DNA of 64,000 nucleotides from an uncultured Candidatus Midichloriaceae bacterium (GTDB lineage Bacteria; Pseudomonadota; Alphaproteobacteria; Rickettsiales; Midichloriaceae): NCBI GenBank assembly GCA_964625465.1, contig CAZVFD010000007.1, positions 1,347 to 65,346 of the forward strand, read 5' to 3'. Shown piece by piece: positions 57,712 to 64,000 of this stretch (position 1 is its first letter; each line of letters starts with the position of its first letter). The notes under the pieces were generated by a model. It saw only the letters and a program-made list of their open reading frames with translations, ran no database searches and was not told where the DNA came from. The position numbers and the translations under genes were made by a program.

Positions 57712-59247
57712 ATGTCTGTAATTAGAAGCTCAATAACTGTAGGCGGTTTAACGCTAATATCACGCATTTTCGGATATATTAGAGATGCATTCATCGCATT
57801 TGCTTTAGGCGCAGGAGCTCTTAATGATGCCTTTATAATTGCCTTTAGAATACCAAACTTATTTAGAACAATTTTTGGTGAAGGGGCTTTTAGCGCAGCT
57901 TTTGTGCCAATTTATTCAGCACTATCCACTAAGTCAGCAACGAATGCTAAGAAATTCGCCCAAGTGGTACAAGCATGGTTATTGATAGCCCTAATTCTAT
58001 TTTCAGCAATCATGATGTTCTTCATGCCTGAGCTCGTTCGAATAATGGCGCCTGGTTACATAGACGACCCCAAAACATTTGGCATAGCTGTTGAGCTTGG
58101 TAGGATTACGTTTCCTTACATTATTTTTATGTCACTTTTGGCATTTTATGGAGGTATGCTAAATAGCCTTGGTAAATATGCAGCTTTTGCTTCTGCTCCA
58201 ATAGTGCTCAACATAATCATGATTTTTTCTGTAGCATTTATAAACCTGACAGAAACTAAAGCCCATGCACTATCATTTGGCGTTCTAGCCGCAGGAATTG
58301 TAGAGTTACTATGGATTTTATACTTTGCGAAAAAAAACAATCTATTGGTAAACCTTTATACCATGCCTACACTCTCCGAGGACGTCAAAAATCTCTTTAA
58401 GAGAATGGGACCTGGAATTTTCAGCTCTGGAATTGCGCAAATCAACGTTTTTATAACCACAATTCTTGCATCTTATGTTATTGGGGGAATATCGTACTTA
58501 TATTACGCAGACAGAATTTACCAACTACCATTAGCACTAATTGGCACCGCAATGGGAACTGTTCTACTACCTACATTGGCCAAAGATTATGAAAAAGGTA
58601 ATACAGCCATTGCCATAAAAAACCAAAATTCTGCAATTGAATTTTGCATGCTTTTTACCATTCCAGCAATGCTTGCAATCATCATTTTATCGAACGATAT
58701 TATCAAATTACTTTTTGAACATGGGGAATTTACAAGCGAAGCTACAACTGAAACAGCCAAAGCACTTGTAGTATTTGCTTATGGCCTACCAGCATATGTT
58801 CTGTTAAAAGTTTTTACGTCGAGTTTTTTCGCAGTGGGCGATACCAAAACCCCAATGAAAGTTTCAGCTTTTAGTTTGGTAGTAAACGTTGTGATTAGCC
58901 TCGCATTTCTTTCGCATTTTAAACACGTTGCTATTGCCATAGGTAGTGTAGTTTCATCGTGGCTAATGCTAATTATATTGGTAAAAATATCTATAGATAG
59001 CAAAAGGTTTAAGTTCTTAGATAAAAACATCATAAAAATTCTCAAGTTTTTTATCTCGGGATTGTTAATGATGTTATCAATATACGGCCTAGAAACATTA
59101 ACACAAGAAGTTAACATACTTGTCTCTATGTCACTTGAAATAACAATTGGAGGCCTATTATACCTAGCTTTTTGCTACTTTTTTGGCGTTATTACAAAAG
59201 ATCAAATAATGAAGTTTTTAAAACTGAACAAGGGAATTCAGGACTAA
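57712..59247 (+). CDS. murJ: lipid II flippase MurJ (MviN)
   Basis: The ATG at 57712 gives MSVIRSSITVGGLTLISRIFGYIRD, the typical MurJ N-terminus. The ORF track begins at a TTG at 57628. The protein has about 14 TM segments. Confidence 0.85.
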   Translation: MSVIRSSITVGGLTLISRIFGYIRDAFIAFALGAGALNDAFIIAFRIPNLFRTIFGEGAFSAAFVPIYSALSTKSATNAKKFAQVVQAWLLIALILFSAIMMFFMPELVRIMAPGYIDDPKTFGIAVELGRITFPYIIFMSLLAFYGGMLNSLGKYAAFASAPIVLNIIMIFSVAFINLTETKAHALSFGVLAAGIVELLWILYFAKKNNLLVNLYTMPTLSEDVKNLFKRMGPGIFSSGIAQINVFITTILASYVIGGISYLYYADRIYQLPLALIGTAMGTVLLPTLAKDYEKGNTAIAIKNQNSAIEFCMLFTIPAMLAIIILSNDIIKLLFEHGEFTSEATTETAKALVVFAYGLPAYVLLKVFTSSFFAVGDTKTPMKVSAFSLVVNVVISLAFLSHFKHVAIAIGSVVSSWLMLIILVKISIDSKRFKFLDKNIIKILKFFISGLLMMLSIYGLETLTQEVNILVSMSLEITIGGLLYLAFCYFFGVITKDQIMKFLKLNKGIQD

Positions 59248-59281
59248 AATTAACCAAAAATTAACTAAGTTGCATTACTAT
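59248..59281 (+). promoter_or_regulatory. CtrA-box-like direct repeat plus -10 hexamer
   Basis: AATTAACCA-AAA-ATTAACTA (59248-59267), then 8 nt, then TACTAT (59276-59281), then 29 nt to the ATG at 59311. Confidence 0.6.
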
Positions 59282-59310
59282 TAAACTATGAATAATCCGA
59301 TGGAATTTAT

Positions 59311-59853
59311 ATGTTTGAGAAATTGGTAGTGGCTATAGCTGATAATAATGCTACAGAAGTTAGGAACCTTATCAACAAAGAGCCAAGTCTTATACAACAC
59401 GTAGATGACAAAGGGTCAACCCCGCTTCACTATGCCGTGCACTTGAACAATCTCGAGGTGGTAAATACTTTAATCTCCCTAGGGGCTGCAGTCGATCAAC
59501 AAGACAGATCTGGCCGCACACCTTTACATTGGGGAGTTGAAAAAAAGGTAAATATAGACATCATTAAAACACTTATAGAAAATGGAGCAGATATTAACAA
59601 ACCATCTGGTGTAAGTAAAAACACTCCCTTACATTACGCTGCACAACACGGAAACATCGATGCGATTGAGGTGTTGATAAAAAGAGGTGCGAACACTCAA
59701 GTAGTGAATTCAAAAGGCCTAGCCATTTCAGATGTATGTAAGGACAAAAAAACAGGCCTAGCACTAGGTAACGCACTCAGAGACACAGATGCACGAAAAT
59801 ACCAAAAAATGCTGGATCAACAACCAGTAATCACGACCTCTAAACAGAAATAG
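59311..59853 (+). CDS. small ankyrin-repeat protein; effector candidate
   Basis: 180 aa with 4 ANK repeats (GSTPLHYAVHLNNLEVVNTLISLGAAVD, GRTPLHWGVE, NTPLHYAAQHGNIDAIEVLIKRGAN). Confidence 0.85.
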   Translation: MFEKLVVAIADNNATEVRNLINKEPSLIQHVDDKGSTPLHYAVHLNNLEVVNTLISLGAAVDQQDRSGRTPLHWGVEKKVNIDIIKTLIENGADINKPSGVSKNTPLHYAAQHGNIDAIEVLIKRGANTQVVNSKGLAISDVCKDKKTGLALGNALRDTDARKYQKMLDQQPVITTSKQK

Positions 59854-59858
59854 CTAAA

Positions 59859-60506
59859 CTAATTTGTCATTACCATTAGTGTGCCTACTCTTTTTTTCAA
59901 AGTCTGTGGTGATTCAGGATCTGTCAAGATTACACTAAAAGCTTCTTTAGCTTTTGCCTTATCTCCATTCTGCAAGTAATAAGTACCAAGCAATTCAAGC
60001 GCCGAGAACTTATAAATACCATCTTTAACATAGGATTCAAAGCCAGCGATCGAATCATTATCATTTTTAGCAAGCGCCGCTTTTAATTCTAAGTACTTTG
60101 AAAGATCTCTAAGACTTTTGTCATAATTAGAATTTTCTGAAACATTTTTGTATATGGAGTATGACTTCTCATAGTCTTTTTTAAAGTCAGCATACGAACC
60201 AGCATTTAAACCAGCAAGCGCCGCGTAATTTGTATTATTACTAGTAAACAATTCTTCAAATTTCTTTACTGCTTCATCTGGTTTATAGGCTCGCATCTTC
60301 ATTATAGCCGACATATACTCGCCACCTGCGTGAAAAGACTTATTTTCTTGATAGTCCATCCACCAAAGCTTAAGTGCAGCTCCGAAAATAGTAACCACCA
60401 TTAATATCAAAATGAATTTTCCATTCTGCTTTATAAAATTGAGGGCTTTCTCATCTTTAAGCTCATCTCTAACTTCATCTAATAAATCAACCATATTGAT
60501 ACCCAA
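59859..60506 (-). CDS. membrane-anchored TPR-like protein (YfgM-like)
   Basis: 215 aa with one N-terminal TM segment after an acidic leader and helical-repeat remainder. A probable alternative start is the Met at 60494. Confidence 0.45.
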   Translation of the reverse strand: MGINMVDLLDEVRDELKDEKALNFIKQNGKFILILMVVTIFGAALKLWWMDYQENKSFHAGGEYMSAIMKMRAYKPDEAVKKFEELFTSNNTNYAALAGLNAGSYADFKKDYEKSYSIYKNVSENSNYDKSLRDLSKYLELKAALAKNDNDSIAGFESYVKDGIYKFSALELLGTYYLQNGDKAKAKEAFSVILTDPESPQTLKKRVGTLMVMTN

Positions 60507-60618
60507 TTTTTTATATGTTTATACACCAACTTATTAATTATTATAAGAGTATTTTTACTGGTGTTAAAATTTTTCATGGGGTATAATGTTTAAGCTAAAG
60601 CCTTAAATCAGAGAGTTA

Positions 60619-61227
60619 ATGTACGAAATATTTTTGCAAGTTGTGGAATTAGTTGAGTCTTGGGGGTACTTAGGCATATTTATTATGACTTTCATCGAAA
60701 GTACATTTATTCCCATCCCTGCCGAAATTACTTTAATACCAGCTGGATATATCGTGCACAAAGGCGAAATGAATTTTTATCTAGTCTGGCTAACAAGTGT
60801 TTTGGGAACTTTAGGCGGTTCTCTTTGCAATTACTATATTGCTTACTTCTTTGGCAGAAAAATTCTAATCCAATATGGAAAGTACTTCTTTATTAACGAA
60901 GACAAACTCAGGGCTATGGAATATTTCATGGAGAGACATGGCTCAATATCAATGTTCTCTGGCAGACTTTTACCAGGTGTAAAGCATTTCATATCGTTCC
61001 CTGCTGGACTTGGAAAAATGGATATCAAGCTATTCACACTTTTTACAACTCTGGGTGGAGCAATCTGGTGTGGGATTCTTATATGGCTTGGCTATGTTAT
61101 CGGCGAGAACGAGCATCTTATTGCTAAGTATCTGAAACAAGTAAATTTCTTTTTATTCGTTGCTGTCGTCTGCTTGGTCGCATTTTATATTTGGAAACGC
61201 CGTATTAGCACACAAGACGCGGATTAA
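60619..61227 (+). CDS. dedA: DedA-family membrane protein
   Basis: 202 aa with a DedA/SNARE-associated pattern (GYLGIFIMTFIESTFIPIPAE ... FSGRLLPGVKHFISFPAG). Confidence 0.8.
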   Translation: MYEIFLQVVELVESWGYLGIFIMTFIESTFIPIPAEITLIPAGYIVHKGEMNFYLVWLTSVLGTLGGSLCNYYIAYFFGRKILIQYGKYFFINEDKLRAMEYFMERHGSISMFSGRLLPGVKHFISFPAGLGKMDIKLFTLFTTLGGAIWCGILIWLGYVIGENEHLIAKYLKQVNFFLFVAVVCLVAFYIWKRRISTQDAD

Positions 61228-61385
61228 TTATTAATTAGCAACTCAGCCTTCGGCTACCAATATTTTGGAATAAGAAATATTAAATTTTGTGCTAAGGCAA
61301 TAAAGTCTATGCCAAATTTGTATTGCACAAGTTAATTCTATAGTGTTAGATATTTATTGGAATGCAATAAATTCTGGACATTTAT

Positions 61386-62657
61386 ATGGAAAAAAACTTG
61401 GTTAAATATTTATCATCTGTTGCAATTATAGCCCTATCGCTTGGCCTTACAGCATGCTCTGCGATGAAGCCAGATCACCCACAAGTGAAGGAATCATTTA
61501 GTGATAGAAGATCACCTCGTGACAATATGCTAGCGGCATCTGGTGCGTTTGGAGAACAGAAAGAAAAGACCAGTTCATTCCAGCCAATAACCCCAACCTC
61601 GGTTGTAGAAAACAATTCCTCGAAAGTTTCCCAAGCGATTAGTCAAGTCACTCATTCACAGCCAGTTTCAACAGGAATTACGCAAGCACCAGCTGCTTCT
61701 CACAGTTCAAGCTCTCAGCAAGAAGGGAGCTTCTTTTCTAGATTTTTTGACCAAATATCATCAACATTCAAAACATCTTCGAACGACATTTCTAAAAGAT
61801 CTCCTAAATCAAGTGCCTATGCAACAAATGCAAGCTATTCTGAAGTAGAACAAGGCGGCAGAATGGGTTACACTTTCTATGATATGGCAGATGAAATGTT
61901 ACCTGCTAACCCAGTACACAAAGTTGTACACCAAGAAATTCCTAGCCTAACTTCCGAAAGATCAATGGTTAGAAACTCAGAGTTTGGTTATATTACTAGA
62001 TCAAATATGGTGCACTTGGCTCAAGCCTCAACACCGACTCTCCCATCAACCCCTGCAGCCCCTTCAGCTCCTGTAGCACCAGTGGTTGAAACTCAAAAGA
62101 ATATTGCGCCTGCTCCTGCTCAGCCTGCGGCGCCAGAGCAAATTAAACCAACTATGGAAGCAGCAAGCTCTATGACTGCGTCAACTTCAACTTCTACTCA
62201 GACACCAGTTGCCGCACCTACAGTGCCTGTTGAAAATAAAGTTGTGCCTCAAGCTCCTGAGATGCCAAGCGCAACGCCAACTACACCAACAGTAACAGCT
62301 AGTCCAGTTAAAGAAGCGCCTGCACAACCATTAACAAATGTTCCAGCTACGCCTAGCGTTGATGAAATGAAGGATAAAGCTCAAAGTCAACCTGAGCCAA
62401 AATTAAATGAAACACCGAAAGTACCTGAGGAATTCAAATCACCTTCTACATCTTCGGAAACTACTGAAAAGAAGGAAGAACCAGTAGCACCTGTGGCCAA
62501 ACCAAAGCCTAAAAAAGTTGTTAAAAAAGTGAAGCTTCCAAAGGAAGAATCAAAGGATCCTGTTGCACAAAACCCAAACAGCCAGACAATCTACATGATG
62601 AATGGTAAAAAAGTAACTATGGGTTTTTTAGAACGCCCAGCTAAAAGTTCTGAGTAA
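61386..62657 (+). CDS. lipoprotein, Pro/Ala/Thr-rich, function unknown
   Basis: 423 aa with a signal peptide and the lipobox LGLTAC. The C-terminal half is a long P/A/T-rich low-complexity region, and the tail is Lys-rich. Confidence 0.6.
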   Translation: MEKNLVKYLSSVAIIALSLGLTACSAMKPDHPQVKESFSDRRSPRDNMLAASGAFGEQKEKTSSFQPITPTSVVENNSSKVSQAISQVTHSQPVSTGITQAPAASHSSSSQQEGSFFSRFFDQISSTFKTSSNDISKRSPKSSAYATNASYSEVEQGGRMGYTFYDMADEMLPANPVHKVVHQEIPSLTSERSMVRNSEFGYITRSNMVHLAQASTPTLPSTPAAPSAPVAPVVETQKNIAPAPAQPAAPEQIKPTMEAASSMTASTSTSTQTPVAAPTVPVENKVVPQAPEMPSATPTTPTVTASPVKEAPAQPLTNVPATPSVDEMKDKAQSQPEPKLNETPKVPEEFKSPSTSSETTEKKEEPVAPVAKPKPKKVVKKVKLPKEESKDPVAQNPNSQTIYMMNGKKVTMGFLERPAKSSE

Positions 62658-62689
62658 TTAACTGTTTATTTACTATTTAGTACTACACT
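62656..62689 (+). promoter_or_regulatory. orphan CtrA-box-like site plus -10 hexamer (no ORF downstream)
   Basis: AATTAACTG-TTT-ATTTACTA, then 8 nt, then TACACT (62684-62689). It has one mismatch in the second TTAAC core. A terminator follows about 60 nt downstream. Confidence 0.35.
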
Positions 62690-62750
62690 CACTAATGGAA
62701 CTAAAAGGGACAGTGGGTGGGGCATAGCAGCCAGCTGAATTAAAACCAAA

Positions 62751-62779
62751 GGCTTTGTAGCGTTACAAAGCCTTTTTTT
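62751..62779 (+). terminator. rho-independent terminator
   Basis: The stem GGCTTTGTA/TACAAAGCC is a perfect 9 bp. The loop is gcgt, and seven T residues follow. Confidence 0.8.
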
Positions 62780-62848
62780 ATTATCAGTGTGATTGACTTA
62801 ATCGATATACTGCTTATATTATTCTTAGAAGCTTAAATTCAAGGTTTT

Positions 62849-63205
62849 ATGAGTAAAATTGCTACGATAATGTTCTCGATGTTTTGCGGATCTTTTATAG
62901 GCAAGGATGAGTTTGGTAACGCATACTATGAAAGCAAAAGGCAAAACAGGGATTTTGGTAGAAAAAATCGCTGGGTTATTTATAAAGGCATTCCAGAAGC
63001 AAGTAAGGTTCCCCCGCATTGGTTCAGTTGGTTGCACTATCAAACAGATGTAGCACCTATATCAAATAGCAAAAAATATAATTGGGAAAAAGCTCACAGA
63101 CCTAATCTTACTGGTACAAAGGAAGCTTATTATCCAAGTGGTCATATCTTAGCTGGCGCCCAAAGAGAGAAAGCTACTGGTGATTATGAACCTTGGAGAC
63201 CGTAA
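62849..63205 (+). CDS. NDUFA12-family protein (NADH:ubiquinone oxidoreductase 17.2-kDa subunit-like)
   Basis: 118 aa. GKDEFGNAYYESK...RWVIYKG...EASKVPPHWFSWLHYQTD matches the NDUFA12 signature. Confidence 0.8.
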   Translation: MSKIATIMFSMFCGSFIGKDEFGNAYYESKRQNRDFGRKNRWVIYKGIPEASKVPPHWFSWLHYQTDVAPISNSKKYNWEKAHRPNLTGTKEAYYPSGHILAGAQREKATGDYEPWRP

Positions 63206-63223
63206 TTTTAATAAAGGAATAAA

Positions 63224-63703
63224 ATGTCTAAAAATTTAGTTGAAACTTTAGTTGGTGCGATTGTTATTATAATTGCTGCTGCCTTTTTATACTCAGCTTA
63301 CAAGACTACTGATGTAGGTGTTGGCTTAGGTAGCGGATATTCTTTATCTGCTAAATTTGACCGTGCTGACGGTTTAAACCTAGGAAGCGATGTCAAAGTA
63401 GGCGGAATTAAAGTTGGTAAAGTAATTGGTCAAAGCTTGGACGAAAAAAATTATCAGGCAATAATTAGCATGACTATAAATGATGAAGTTAAATTACCAA
63501 TGGATACAACTGCTGAGATTATTGGCAACGGTTTGCTTGGTGAAAAATATGTAGCATTAATACCAGGTGCTGATGATGAAAAACTTTCAAATGGTGGAAC
63601 TATCGAGTATACACAATCGGCTGTTAGCTTGGAAAGCTTGATTGGCAAATTTATTTTTAGTTCCGTAGAGAAATCTGGCAAAGATTCTAAGGATAAAAAA
63701 TAA
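63224..63703 (+). CDS. mlaD: outer-membrane lipid asymmetry protein MlaD (MCE domain)
   Basis: 159 aa with an N-terminal TM segment and an MCE domain (GLNLGSDVKVGGIKVGKV ... GLLGEKYVALIPG). Confidence 0.75.
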   Translation: MSKNLVETLVGAIVIIIAAAFLYSAYKTTDVGVGLGSGYSLSAKFDRADGLNLGSDVKVGGIKVGKVIGQSLDEKNYQAIISMTINDEVKLPMDTTAEIIGNGLLGEKYVALIPGADDEKLSNGGTIEYTQSAVSLESLIGKFIFSSVEKSGKDSKDKK

Positions 63704-63705
63704 TC

Positions 63706-64000
63706 ATGTTTCGTATTTGCTTTATAATAGCTCTTCTAATTATGCCAAACTTTGTATCTGCAGAAGAACAGGTAGAGGAACCATCTCAAAATATACCAAG
63801 TCAAGAAGAGGTTGATAGCGAATTGCAGAACATGAGTATGCAAAACGAATATCAAGAAAAACAAAAAAGCATATTGGACATTTTATTTGGTGAAGCAGAT
63901 AGCCGTGATGCGGATGGAACGATTCCCACTGCCGATACACTTGCTCCAGGTGAAGTGGAGATAAATGAATCTAATAAAGATGGAGATTTTAACAATACAG
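63706..64000 (+). CDS. secreted hypothetical protein, 5' part (runs off the window end)
   Basis: The ATG at 63706 gives MFRICFIIALLIMPNFVSAEEQ..., signal-peptide-like followed by an acidic region. The frame is open to the window end. Confidence 0.45.
   Translation, partial: MFRICFIIALLIMPNFVSAEEQVEEPSQNIPSQEEVDSELQNMSMQNEYQEKQKSILDILFGEADSRDADGTIPTADTLAPGEVEINESNKDGDFNNT

Noticed and set aside
62716-62735. GGGGCATAGCAGCCAGCTG; briefly considered as an SRP (4.5S) RNA domain IV fragment because of AGCAGCC
   Set aside because: The flanking conserved GGAA/symmetric-loop elements and the long closing helix are absent.

Overview
AT-rich (roughly two-thirds A+T by eye) bacterial chromosome segment. 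The gene content looks like an obligate-intracellular alphaproteobacterium of Rickettsiales/Holosporales type: NDUFA12-like, MidA/NDUFAF7-like and ELM1-like genes, several ankyrin-repeat ORFans, and an RPE-like palindromic element. This placement is inference from gene content only. Housekeeping backbone: fabF(partial)-acpP, a fused LplT-Aas, tolQRA, a CDF transporter, secA, rseP, tRNA-Arg(CCG), greA, alaS, mltG, ubiG, rpoH, ppiD, rsmA, homospermidine synthase, recO, MidA-hdaA-TlpA-ctpA, murJ, dedA, NDUFA12-like and mlaD. Accessory genes are interspersed: two tandem toxin-like GT-A glycosyltransferases whose DXD motif reads DLN; a 1014-aa S/T/P/Q-rich protein with about 10 YxxPhi/EPIYA-like tyrosine motifs and a hydrophobic hairpin; two tandem membrane-anchored CgeB-like glycosyltransferases; three ankyrin-repeat proteins, one with a PPPDE/DeSI-like H...NNC signature; a YbjQ-plus-M48-pseudopeptidase fusion coupled to a free YbjQ; an intact-looking IS1-family element; and an orphan giant flgE with a sigma54 -24/-12 promoter. 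The observation I rate highest is a conserved cis-element, AATTAACCA-N3-ATTAACyA (core TTAA-N7-TTAAC, the alphaproteobacterial CtrA box). It sits exactly 8 nt upstream of a TAnnnT hexamer. Three strong copies lie 28-29 nt before the start codons of ORFan/effector-like genes, a fourth lies upstream of the 883-aa ankyrin protein, and one orphan copy is followed by a terminator (sRNA candidate). This suggests a CtrA-type regulon of host-interaction genes. No rRNA genes and no CRISPR arrays were seen. All family assignments come from motif recognition by eye and need HMM/BLAST confirmation.
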